DNA of 64,000 nucleotides from Bdellovibrio sp. Its GTDB lineage: Bacteria; Bdellovibrionota; Bdellovibrionia; Bdellovibrionales; Bdellovibrionaceae. The DNA lies in NCBI GenBank assembly GCA_036677065.1, contig JAKFBS010000004.1, positions 320,001-384,000 on the forward strand, in the 5' to 3' direction. Both the position numbers and the translations under genes were made by a program. The notes under the pieces were generated by a model. It was not told the DNA's origin. It made no database searches and saw nothing but the letters and a program-made list of their open reading frames with translations. Of the stretch, positions 1 to 9,187 are shown one piece after another (the stretch's first letter is position 1; each line of letters starts with the position of its first letter).

Positions 1-255
1 TTAATTATGACTGTCGAGCCTGGTTTTGGCGGACAAAGTTTTATGCATGACCAATTAGAAAAAGTGTCATGGTTAAAGAGTTACCGTGATAAAAACCATT
101 TAAGTTATTTGATTGAAATTGATGGTGGCGTGAACGAACAAACGGCGCAACTTTGCTGGGAAGCAGGCGCTGACGTATTAGTCGCTGGCAGCGCGGTTTT
201 CACAGGTGAAAAGTCGGTAGATAATTACCGAAAAAACATTCAAAAACTTATATAA
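1..255 (+). CDS. rpe: Ribulose-phosphate 3-epimerase, C-terminal part (5' end outside window)
   Basis: LIMTVEPGFGGQ, IEIDGGVN and AGADVLVAGSAVF motifs; frame open from base 1. Confidence 0.96.
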   Translation, partial: LIMTVEPGFGGQSFMHDQLEKVSWLKSYRDKNHLSYLIEIDGGVNEQTAQLCWEAGADVLVAGSAVFTGEKSVDNYRKNIQKLI

Positions 256-278
256 ATACATTTATTAAGAGTTCTTAA

Positions 279-295
279 TTGGAGCGATCTTTGCT
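279..295 (+). promoter_or_regulatory. Putative sigma54 (-24/-12) promoter of the GGDEF gene
   Basis: TTGGAGCGATCTTTGCT gives GG-N10-GC with TTGCT, 13 nt before ATG 309. Confidence 0.45.
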
Positions 296-308
296 TTTAC
301 TATAAAGC

Positions 309-1946
309 ATGAGATTGTTTGCGGCGAAATCAACTACAGCAATTGTGACACTAATTGTGATGGCTATTGTAAGCCTGGGTGTTAGCGTAAATGCGCGCCC
401 AAGTCTGCAATGCATGCAGCTGTTTGATTATGAGACACCAGAAGCCCGGTTTGAATTTATTCCTGAAAATGCAAGGCTGACTCGCAAATCAGAGTCTATC
501 TTTGTTGATTATGTTTTTAATGTTAACGGTTATCCGCGCTTAAAAACGACAGAACTTGCCATGGATTATTCAGACGTGATCGATGCTAATTTACAGAGTG
601 GCCGCGAATTTTTGAACTCAATTTTAACGAATAAAAAATTTCATAAACCGAACGGAAGCTACATTTTTATTGATGTTAACAATCTGGGTTGGGTAAATAA
701 AAACTTTCATGATAAAACTCAGGCCGGTGATTCATATCTGTATAAAACTATTGATGCAATTCAGGCGGTCATAGGTGATAAAGGATTAGTTTTTCGTCTT
801 GGTGGTGATGAATTTGGTATTGTCTTAGAAACCAAAGCGCCAGAAGAAGTGCAAAACATTATGCAAAATCTGCAGCGTGAAATACATGCTAAAGCGCATT
901 CTGTTTTTTTGGCAGAAACAAAAAGACGGGTTGCTGACTTTCGGGCGATTTACCAAAAGCGCAAAGACGACGAGATTAGTGAAGCCGAATATCAAGCGGC
1001 TCTTCAAGAATTCAGAACTTATACGTCTTATTCGCAAGAAGGTGTTTCAATGGGAGCAGCTTATATTGACGGAAGCCCCCCTGCAGATATTCAAAATCGC
1101 GCAGAAAAAATGGCCGTTGAAATGAAAATTAAAATTAAACAGGCTTTTAATCTCGATACGGCTAAATACACCGGCGGCTTAAATCTATCAGATTCTACTC
1201 ATCGGATAAAGACAGGCTTCAGGCCTGAAATTCCAGTGATCATGTCGCGACCTGAATTTGATCAAACTTACCCGCAAGCCTTTAAATCTGATACTTTGCG
1301 AGTTAAAGATCGCCCCATGTGGTTTTCGACAGTACCCCTGGTGCAATCGCACCGCGCTCAGGAAGTCTTTCGCCTTGGGCAAATGGGAATCGGTAAATAT
1401 AAAAACGAACTTAAGTCTGAAGAGTATCGTTTAGAGTATTACAATATTAGCGGAAAAAAAATTGAGCAAACCAGGCCCATCGAAGTAAATACAAATACGG
1501 GTTTTATGGATGCCAGATCACAAGGTGCTAAAATTGTAATTAATCATTTTCTGAAACGCACCGAGCGCCTTGATGCTAATAATGGAACAATTTGGGTAAG
1601 TTTATTAAATTTAGGAAAATTAAATTATTTTCATCGTAAAACTGAAACCGGTGATTTGGCTTTAGGCCTTGCTGCACGGGCTATTGAAAAAGAACTTGTC
1701 GGCAATCATGTTGCATTTAAATATAATGGTTCAGATTTTTTCATTTTAGCGATAGGAATGACTAAGCAAGAAATCACAGATTACAAAAAAGTTTTAGAAA
1801 CAAAACTAAATTCAAACACCTTCGTAGATAAAATCTTCTTACAAGAAATTGAATACATTGAACGTACTGAAAGCGATTTCGAGTTACGTAAAACCAAAAT
1901 CGAAGAGATAAAAAAACTAATGGCGCAGAAATTTAAAGTTTTCTAA
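309..1946 (+). CDS. Diguanylate cyclase (GGDEF) with N-terminal signal peptide/anchor and a second, degenerate GGDEF-like domain
   Basis: FIDVNNLGWVN...AGD...FRLGGDEF...SMG; C-terminal LLNLGKLN...TGD...FKYNGSDF; hydrophobic N-terminus ending SVNA. Confidence 0.85.
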   Translation: MRLFAAKSTTAIVTLIVMAIVSLGVSVNARPSLQCMQLFDYETPEARFEFIPENARLTRKSESIFVDYVFNVNGYPRLKTTELAMDYSDVIDANLQSGREFLNSILTNKKFHKPNGSYIFIDVNNLGWVNKNFHDKTQAGDSYLYKTIDAIQAVIGDKGLVFRLGGDEFGIVLETKAPEEVQNIMQNLQREIHAKAHSVFLAETKRRVADFRAIYQKRKDDEISEAEYQAALQEFRTYTSYSQEGVSMGAAYIDGSPPADIQNRAEKMAVEMKIKIKQAFNLDTAKYTGGLNLSDSTHRIKTGFRPEIPVIMSRPEFDQTYPQAFKSDTLRVKDRPMWFSTVPLVQSHRAQEVFRLGQMGIGKYKNELKSEEYRLEYYNISGKKIEQTRPIEVNTNTGFMDARSQGAKIVINHFLKRTERLDANNGTIWVSLLNLGKLNYFHRKTETGDLALGLAARAIEKELVGNHVAFKYNGSDFFILAIGMTKQEITDYKKVLETKLNSNTFVDKIFLQEIEYIERTESDFELRKTKIEEIKKLMAQKFKVF

Positions 1947-1947
1947 G

Positions 1948-3276
1948 TTATTCTACGACGCGAAATAAAGTTTCCATTTCAACTGAAGTCATCTGATATT
2001 CATTTTCAAAAACTCTGCTGATCACTTCAGGTGGGTTTTTGCTCGTTTGGCGTAAGCAAATTAAAGATTGATTAATCAATTCTATGCGTGGTGTTGAATC
2101 ACTGAGCGGCGAACAAAAAACACCTTCAAAAGAGCTGCGTAAATGCGAATAAAGTTCTGTAGAATATTTTTTTGAAACAATATCTAACCACTGTGCATAA
2201 GAAAAGCTTTCGCCAGTGCGCTCTGGGCGCAGTCCAATCGCCGAGTTTGAATAATCATGCGAAGATTCACGCGCTGTTTGGTGATAAGTATTTTGATAAC
2301 GTGGGATGCGATCATCACCGGCAATCATACTTAAACCAGCATTCACTTCTTGAGTGATCACCGTTGCGTAATAAGGATAACTGCGGCTTTCGTTGACCGT
2401 TTTCGTGGTGCCGTCAGAAAGTTTTGTAACAACTGGTTCAGAGTAATGGTGCGTGCGGTATTCTTTAAAGCGATTTTCGTTAAACTGGTAATTACCAGTT
2501 GTTGTAAACTCTAAAGATTTTTGTGAGTTTTTGTCAAACCAGCCAGTTTTGACAAATTGTTCATTGGTGTTTTTATCTAAAGTCTGAATTAAAGCTACTG
2601 GCAGAGGAGTCTGAAACTGATCTTTAGTAAGGATGGTAATGTCTTCGTAAAGCGGAGAATTCGCTTTGGCAATCGAGGCTTTTTGAGAGGCGTAACTACA
2701 CCATTTGGCAATCAGCTGATTGTAGAAATAAGTTTTACTCGAAGTCGTGCTGCTTTTTTCTAAACAGAATTTTTTTGCATGAGTTTTGGCATCGTTAAAA
2801 GCCAGATCAAAAGTTTTACGGCGAGATTCTGGAAATAAAATTTTATATCTTTCGATTAAATATAAAACGCGTAAATGGCGCTGGCGTTGGTTAAGACTAT
2901 AAACTTCAGAACGCAAAGTTTTGTAGGCTTCATCGGCTTCTTCACTTTGTGTAAAGGCCACAGCTCCTGTTGGAAACAGGCCCCATGTATTTTCGCGCTC
3001 GATGGTTTTGCGTAAAAGTTCTAAGCTTTCTTGGTTGTTGTTGGCCAAACGGGCCATGCGCACGCGGATTAAAGTCTGATCAATGACTCCTTCACGAGCT
3101 TTTTTTAAGCCTACTTGGTAATCACTGTCTTTAGGGTCTTTGATGACAAGCTCATCCATAATGACCAGAGCTTCATCAAAATTACGTTCTGCCATCAAAT
3201 TTTGGGCTTTTTTAAACTGGGTTGTGCATGAAGTGGCTACAAATAGAACAAAGGTCAAAGCTGTTAGATTTTTCAT
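1948..3276 (-). CDS. Putative lipoprotein with N-terminal TPR-like helices
   Basis: MKNLTALTFVLFVATS-C lipobox-like signal; AQNLMAERNFDEAL...DPKD TPR-like pattern. Confidence 0.65.
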   Translation of the reverse strand: MKNLTALTFVLFVATSCTTQFKKAQNLMAERNFDEALVIMDELVIKDPKDSDYQVGLKKAREGVIDQTLIRVRMARLANNNQESLELLRKTIERENTWGLFPTGAVAFTQSEEADEAYKTLRSEVYSLNQRQRHLRVLYLIERYKILFPESRRKTFDLAFNDAKTHAKKFCLEKSSTTSSKTYFYNQLIAKWCSYASQKASIAKANSPLYEDITILTKDQFQTPLPVALIQTLDKNTNEQFVKTGWFDKNSQKSLEFTTTGNYQFNENRFKEYRTHHYSEPVVTKLSDGTTKTVNESRSYPYYATVITQEVNAGLSMIAGDDRIPRYQNTYHQTARESSHDYSNSAIGLRPERTGESFSYAQWLDIVSKKYSTELYSHLRSSFEGVFCSPLSDSTPRIELINQSLICLRQTSKNPPEVISRVFENEYQMTSVEMETLFRVVE

Positions 3277-3404
3277 CGAAATTCCTTATGCTAATAGGGT
3301 AATCGTTATGAGCTGAAAAGCGCAATTCTAATGCTTGGCATCCTGCGCCGAAGTGTGTGATTCGAGTCTCGACTCTACAGAGTCGTTTGGGTAATATTCT
3401 GCCT

Positions 3405-4913
3405 ATGAAAAAATTTGTAATTGATGGAAAATCGATCACCCTAAATTCGTTGTATTCTATGGTTTATGAAGCCGGCACTTTTGAGCTATCAGCAGACGCC
3501 AAAGCTGAAATTAAAAAATCTCGCGATTACATCGAAGGCCGTATTCAAAAAGGTGAAGTGATGTATGGAGTTAACACAGGCTTTGGAGCTTTTTCTTCAG
3601 TTCGAATTTCAGATTCTCAAATTGAACAACTTCAAGTAAATCTGATTCGTTCACATTCTGTCGGCATCGGCGAACCGTTCACCAAAGAACAATCTAAAGC
3701 GATGATGATTTTACGTGCTAATACTTTAGCACGTGGTTTTAGCGGTATCCGTCTTGAAACTGTAGAAAAGATTTTAGAATTTTTAAACAATGATTTAATT
3801 CCAGTTATTCCTTCACAGGGTTCTGTTGGGGCCAGCGGAGACTTAGCCCCGTTATCACATTTAGCTTTAGCTTTAATTGGTGAAGGTGAAATCTGGGGTG
3901 GAAGCTACAAAAGCATTACGCCATTGGTATTAAAAGCCAAAGAAGGTTTATCGTTAATCAACGGTTGCCAAGTGATGACCGCGGTTGGAATGTTAGCCCT
4001 TTACGATGCGAAACAATTATTAAAAATTGCCGATATTTCTGGGGCTTCTTCGTTAGAAGGTCTTCGCGGTTCGCGTAAACCTTTTGATCCCCTAATAGCA
4101 GCAACTCGTCCGCATTACGGCGAAGCGCCGACAGCGAAAAACTTATTGCGCGTGATGGGTGAAAAATCTGAAATTTCTGAATCGCATGCTGAAAATGATC
4201 CACGTGTACAGGATGCTTATTCGCTTCGTTGTATGCCAGCCGTTCATGGCGCAGCTAAAATGGCGCTTGAATACTGTGAACGTGTATTAACAACCGAAGC
4301 AAATTCTGCAACAGACAATCCATTAGTATTCGCTGACGCGGGTAAAATTTTATCATGCGGTAATTTTCATGGTATGCCAGTTGCGCATGCGATGGATTTC
4401 GCAGCTATTGCGGTTTCATCATTAGCCAGTATTTCGCACGAACGTATTTCTAAATTTATCTCGACACAAATGTCAGAACTTCCGCCGTTCTTAGCGCCTA
4501 ATGGTGGTTTGAATTCAGGTCATATGATTGTGCAAGTGGCCTCAGCCAGTTTAGTCAGTGAAAATAAAGTATTGGCTCATCCGGCCAGCGTGGATTCAAT
4601 GCCGACTTCAGCTGAAAAAGAAGACCATGTGTCTATGGGTACAATTGCGGCTCGTAAATTTGCTAAAGTCGTTGAAAATGCGCAAAATGTTTTTGCCATG
4701 GAATTCTTATCAGCGACGCAAGCCTTAGATATGATAGCTCCGCTTAAGCCTGCTGACGGCGTAAAAGTGGCTTTCGATACAATTCGCTCTGAAGTACCTT
4801 TCGCCAGAGAAGATCGTATTTTTGCAAAAGATGTTGCTAAAATCAAAGCGATGATTATTTCTGGAAAAATCGTCAAAGCGGTTGAAGCTGAAATCGGAGA
4901 GCTGTCATGCTAA
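3405..4913 (+). CDS. hutH: Histidine ammonia-lyase
   Basis: YGVNTGFG, GSVGASGDLAPL (MIO Ala-Ser-Gly), QDAYSLRC, GNFHG, EDHVSMG; start moved to ATG 3405 (MKKFVIDG). Confidence 0.97.
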   Translation: MKKFVIDGKSITLNSLYSMVYEAGTFELSADAKAEIKKSRDYIEGRIQKGEVMYGVNTGFGAFSSVRISDSQIEQLQVNLIRSHSVGIGEPFTKEQSKAMMILRANTLARGFSGIRLETVEKILEFLNNDLIPVIPSQGSVGASGDLAPLSHLALALIGEGEIWGGSYKSITPLVLKAKEGLSLINGCQVMTAVGMLALYDAKQLLKIADISGASSLEGLRGSRKPFDPLIAATRPHYGEAPTAKNLLRVMGEKSEISESHAENDPRVQDAYSLRCMPAVHGAAKMALEYCERVLTTEANSATDNPLVFADAGKILSCGNFHGMPVAHAMDFAAIAVSSLASISHERISKFISTQMSELPPFLAPNGGLNSGHMIVQVASASLVSENKVLAHPASVDSMPTSAEKEDHVSMGTIAARKFAKVVENAQNVFAMEFLSATQALDMIAPLKPADGVKVAFDTIRSEVPFAREDRIFAKDVAKIKAMIISGKIVKAVEAEIGELSC

Positions 4914-6037
4914 AATGGATTTTTGGGTTATCGATATTAGGACAAACTGTTGTTGCAAGTTCGATGAATGAGATTCTTACAGCTCAGTATCTAAAGAAGA
5001 AAAAAGCCTTTATTTATTCACCGTTAAGCCTTGATGTCGCGTTATCAATGACGGCTGAAGGATCAGCGGGTGAAACTCGTAAGCAATTTAAAAAGATTTT
5101 AAAATTACCGAATGCTGAAATTTATAAAAAGCTTAATGTAAAAGCGGCTGAGTATGATTTCGTATCAGCGCAAAAAGTTTGGGTTAAAGCTGATTATCCT
5201 TTACTGGCATCATTTGAAAAGACTTTAAAAGAAGATTACCAATCAACTATTGAAAGAGCCGACTTTGCAACAGATCCTGCGGCTACGGCAAAGGTGATCA
5301 ATAAGTGGGTTGAAGAAAAAACAAAAGATAAAATCAAAGACTTGGTTCCGGTCAGTGCTTTAACGTCGTTGACTCGATTGGTGCTGGTTAATGCAGTTTA
5401 CTTCAAAGCAAAGTGGCTTTCTGAATTCGATGCGAATTCAACTCAAGAACAAGAATTTAAAACTGCGACGAAGGCTAACATTAAAGTTGATATGATGTTC
5501 AAGAAATTTCAAAGTTTAGAATTTTTTGAAGGCAAAGGCTTTTCTGCAATTAAACTTCCGTACCAGGGTGATGACATCAGTTTTGTCGTATTTTTGCCAA
5601 AAACAGTTGGTGGTGAATTTGACAAGAATTTCTTAAAAAATATTTTAGCAGTTAAAGATTCAGATTATCAACAGCCGGCGGTGAATGTTTATTTACCAAA
5701 ATTTAAATCAGAATTTTCGACTGAAGTTGAAAAAGATTTACAAGTGGCGGGATTAACTCTTCCGTTTGAAAAAGCGAAAGCAGATTTTTCATTAATGTCT
5801 CCGTTGGTAAAACAAAATCCGGAAGAAAACCTGTATATCAGTAAAATTTTTCATAAAGCTTTTGTTGAAGTTGGTGAAAAAGGAACTGAAGCAGCCGCCG
5901 CCAGTGCGGTAGTGATGGCAGCGATGGGCGCGGCTATGCCAATCGACAAACCAAAAGAGTTTAAAGCTGACCATCCGTTTTTATATTTTATTAAACAAAA
6001 AGATAAAATTTTATTTGTCGGTTATTTTACCAAGTAG
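4907..6037 (+). CDS. Serpin family serine protease inhibitor, probable signal peptide
   Basis: YSPLSL, INKWVEEKTKDKI, LVNAVYFKAKW, LPKFK, EKGTEAAAA hinge, FKADHPFLYFI. Confidence 0.95.
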   Translation: MLKWIFGLSILGQTVVASSMNEILTAQYLKKKKAFIYSPLSLDVALSMTAEGSAGETRKQFKKILKLPNAEIYKKLNVKAAEYDFVSAQKVWVKADYPLLASFEKTLKEDYQSTIERADFATDPAATAKVINKWVEEKTKDKIKDLVPVSALTSLTRLVLVNAVYFKAKWLSEFDANSTQEQEFKTATKANIKVDMMFKKFQSLEFFEGKGFSAIKLPYQGDDISFVVFLPKTVGGEFDKNFLKNILAVKDSDYQQPAVNVYLPKFKSEFSTEVEKDLQVAGLTLPFEKAKADFSLMSPLVKQNPEENLYISKIFHKAFVEVGEKGTEAAAASAVVMAAMGAAMPIDKPKEFKADHPFLYFIKQKDKILFVGYFTK

Positions 6038-6050
6038 TTAGAGGAATCTT

Positions 6051-7697
6051 ATGCATAAAAATATTCACGCTCCCACAGGAACAAAATTAAACTGTAAAGG
6101 TTGGTTGCAAGAAGCCGCTTATCGTATGATTCAAAATAACTTGGATCCAGCTGTGGCAGAAAATCCAGATCAGCTAGTGGTTTACGGTGGTATCGGAAAA
6201 GCTGCTCGTAACTGGGAATGTTACGACAAAATTTTAGAATCTTTAAAAGTCTTAGAAAACGATGAAACACTTTTAATTCAATCAGGAAAACCGGTCGGCG
6301 TTTTAAAAACGCACGAAGATGCGCCTCGTGTATTATTAGCCAATTCAAACTTAGTTCCGAAGTGGGCTACGTGGGAGCATTTTCATGAATTAGACCGTAA
6401 AGGTTTAATGATGTACGGCCAAATGACGGCAGGGTCATGGATTTACATTGGTACTCAAGGAATCATTCAAGGTACTTACGAAACATTTGTTGAAGCTGGT
6501 CGCCAACATTTCGGTGGTGATTTAGCCGGAAGAATTATTTTAACTGCAGGCTTAGGCGGCATGGGCGGGGCGCAACCTTTGGCCGGTGTATTTGCCGGTG
6601 CTACTGTAATTTGTGTTGAAGTTGACCCGGTCAGTATCGAAAAACGTTTAAAATCAAAATATGTTGATGAAGTGGTCACTGATATAGATGAAGCGATCGC
6701 GCTTGCCAAAAAATACGCGGCAAACAAAGAAGCTAAATCAATTGCGCTTCAGGGAAATGCGGCGACTGTTTTAAAAGAAATGTTAAAGAAAAACTTCTTA
6801 CCCGATCTTTTAACAGATCAAACTTCTGCGCATGATCCATTAAACGGGTACATTCCTGAAGGTTATACAGTGCAAACTGCAGCCGATTTCAGAACGCGCG
6901 ATCAAAGTGCGTATTTAGCAGCGGCTTACAAATCAATGGCAAGTCATGTTGAATCTATGCTTGAAATGAAAAAACGCGGCGCTGTCGTATTTGATTATGG
7001 CAATAATATTCGTGCACGTGCATTTGATGCCGGAGTAAAAAACGCTTTTGATTTTCCAGGATTTGTTCCGGCTTATATCAGACCATTATTTTGTAAAGGC
7101 AGTGGACCGTTTAGATGGGTAGCCCTTTCAGGTGATCCTAATGATATCAAAGTCACTGACGATGCGATGAGAGAATTGTTTCCGCATAAAAAAGATCTTT
7201 TAAAATGGTTAGACATGGCTGAAAAGCGCATTCAGTTTCAAGGCTTACCAGCACGCATTTGCTGGCTTGAATACGGTGAACGAGAAAAAGCGGGTTTACT
7301 ATTAAATGAATTAGTTCGTACCGGAAAAGTAAAAGCTCCGATTGTTATTGGTCGTGATCATTTAGATTGTGGTTCTGTTGCCAGCCCAAATCGTGAAACT
7401 GAAGCCATGAAAGATGGATCAGATGCGGTGAGTGACTGGCCGATGTTATCTGCAATGGCGTTAGTGGCCAGCGGCTCAACCTGGGTAGCGTTACATCACG
7501 GTGGTGGTGTAGGCATGGGGTATTCGCAGCATTCAGGACAAGTGATTGTCGCCGATGGAACAGACGCTGCCGCTAGAAGATTAAAACGTGTCTTAACGAC
7601 AGATCCAGCTATGGGAGTTTTTCGTCATTTAGATGCGGGTTATGAATTAGCGAAAAGCGTAGCTGTTGAGCGTGGTGTCAACAGCTGCTGGTTGTAG
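6051..7697 (+). CDS. hutU: Urocanate hydratase
   Basis: [58 protein letters not shown]. Confidence 0.98.
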   Translation: MHKNIHAPTGTKLNCKGWLQEAAYRMIQNNLDPAVAENPDQLVVYGGIGKAARNWECYDKILESLKVLENDETLLIQSGKPVGVLKTHEDAPRVLLANSNLVPKWATWEHFHELDRKGLMMYGQMTAGSWIYIGTQGIIQGTYETFVEAGRQHFGGDLAGRIILTAGLGGMGGAQPLAGVFAGATVICVEVDPVSIEKRLKSKYVDEVVTDIDEAIALAKKYAANKEAKSIALQGNAATVLKEMLKKNFLPDLLTDQTSAHDPLNGYIPEGYTVQTAADFRTRDQSAYLAAAYKSMASHVESMLEMKKRGAVVFDYGNNIRARAFDAGVKNAFDFPGFVPAYIRPLFCKGSGPFRWVALSGDPNDIKVTDDAMRELFPHKKDLLKWLDMAEKRIQFQGLPARICWLEYGEREKAGLLLNELVRTGKVKAPIVIGRDHLDCGSVASPNRETEAMKDGSDAVSDWPMLSAMALVASGSTWVALHHGGGVGMGYSQHSGQVIVADGTDAAARRLKRVLTTDPAMGVFRHLDAGYELAKSVAVERGVNSCWL

Positions 7698-7700
7698 TTA

Positions 7701-8735
7701 CTATTGTATATTCGCGCAAAGATTTTTGTCTGTCTCAACTTGAAATATTGAAGTGGCAATATCTTTACGGGTAAATCTGACACAATTAAATCCACGCATC
7801 AGCGGAATTTTTTGTGACGAAGCACCATGAAGCACATCGTGACGGTTTAATACACAGTTAGCAGGATCGGCGCAGTCGAGTTCATATTTGTATAAACGAA
7901 CTGGTTTAATACGTACGCTGGCGCCATTGGCACCGACAGGTGGCAAGTTGTACATATACTGCATAAAATTATTCGGCTCAACGAGAGTGTTGAGCGGAGT
8001 AGTGATCGTGTAATTCCAGATGGCTGTATTTGATTTATCTTTAGGAATAGCTCCTGCCGAAATTTTTTGAATATCAACTATGGCTCCACTCTGTACAATT
8101 TTACCGATAAACACTGCTGGACGCAGAGGTACTGTTGGCATGTAAGACGAACTATCGACTAAAACTAATTTGCCAAGATTGATCGGATTCATCAGAAGCG
8201 GGTTATTTAAGTCTTTTCCCGCGCTATCTTTAGCCATTAAATAGTTATTGTAGTTAAGACCGCGGTAGGTCAATGAGGCTGGCTGATAGATATTTGCAGG
8301 AGGTGGTCCTACTTGGAAAAACGTAACTGCATCGGCAAATAATCCTTTTCCGCGCAAATCATCAAAAGCCAAAAAGTACATAAAAGTGTTGCCACCTTGT
8401 TTAAGAGTAACTGTGCGCGATGGTGTGGTTTGACCGCGATAAAATGCTGTAGAACGATCGGGTTCAAAATCATAAAAATTTAAATTGTTATCATCCCTAA
8501 CCTTAAGGTTATTCATTGATGGCCCTGCGGCGCGCAGGTCGCGTAAAATTAATTTATCGGCAAGATTAGCCTCGATTTGGTCATCCATTTTCGCGCTAAA
8601 CGTTTTATTCCAGTTATTCGTGTCTTTTAAAGCTTCGAAAACGCCTAGGCCGACAATCGAACTTAATCCGATGGCAATTAAAAGTTCGGTAATCGTTACG
8701 CCTTTATTATTGTGAACATGCATTAGTTTTTTCAT
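7701..8735 (-). CDS. Type IV minor pilin / pseudopilin (PilW/GspJ-like)
   Basis: Class III signal KG|VTITELLIAIGL with Glu5; ILRDLRAAG motif typical of PilW-like subunits. Confidence 0.8.
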   Translation of the reverse strand: MKKLMHVHNNKGVTITELLIAIGLSSIVGLGVFEALKDTNNWNKTFSAKMDDQIEANLADKLILRDLRAAGPSMNNLKVRDDNNLNFYDFEPDRSTAFYRGQTTPSRTVTLKQGGNTFMYFLAFDDLRGKGLFADAVTFFQVGPPPANIYQPASLTYRGLNYNNYLMAKDSAGKDLNNPLLMNPINLGKLVLVDSSSYMPTVPLRPAVFIGKIVQSGAIVDIQKISAGAIPKDKSNTAIWNYTITTPLNTLVEPNNFMQYMYNLPPVGANGASVRIKPVRLYKYELDCADPANCVLNRHDVLHGASSQKIPLMRGFNCVRFTRKDIATSIFQVETDKNLCANIQ

Positions 8736-8737
8736 GG

Positions 8738-9187
8738 TTATTTACTCACTAAAAATTCAAATTTTTTGATTTCTGAGCCCCACTCGGTGTGGGTAAACCA
8801 AATTGTTACTAAGTATAGATCACTGGTTGCCTCAGTGGCCGGAGTAATCACATAACCATATCGTCCGGGACAATTTTTACACTCTGACAGAGGTTTGTCG
8901 TCTATATTGGACCAACCCATTTTTAAACTACCAACATTTAAAAGAGAATTTGGATCTGTGTATTGTAGAATCTGTGTCGTCGGTTGTTGTCTGATATTTT
9001 CAATAATTTCAGAGACGCGATCGTCTGCTGTAGATTTGGTTTCATTGCTAATGGCAGTTTTATTTAATTGGTCAAAAGCGGTTAGCCCGCCAACAACCAC
9101 GATCGAAAGTAGGGCTACGCCCACCATCACTTCTGTGATGGTGAAACCTTTTTTAGAAACAACTGATCTTAAAAAATTAAAGCCCAT
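8738..9187 (-). CDS. Type IV minor pilin / pseudopilin (PilV/GspI-like)
   Basis: KKG|FTITEVMVGVALL prepilin cleavage/methylation motif, 149 aa. Confidence 0.85.
   Translation of the reverse strand: MGFNFLRSVVSKKGFTITEVMVGVALLSIVVVGGLTAFDQLNKTAISNETKSTADDRVSEIIENIRQQPTTQILQYTDPNSLLNVGSLKMGWSNIDDKPLSECKNCPGRYGYVITPATEATSDLYLVTIWFTHTEWGSEIKKFEFLVSK

Noticed and set aside
3370..3385. Inverted repeat CGACTCT-AC-AGAGTCG upstream of hutH as a HutC operator
   Set aside because: It does not resemble the TGTA-N2-TACA HutC core, there is no hutC in the window and no copy before hutI; function unsupported
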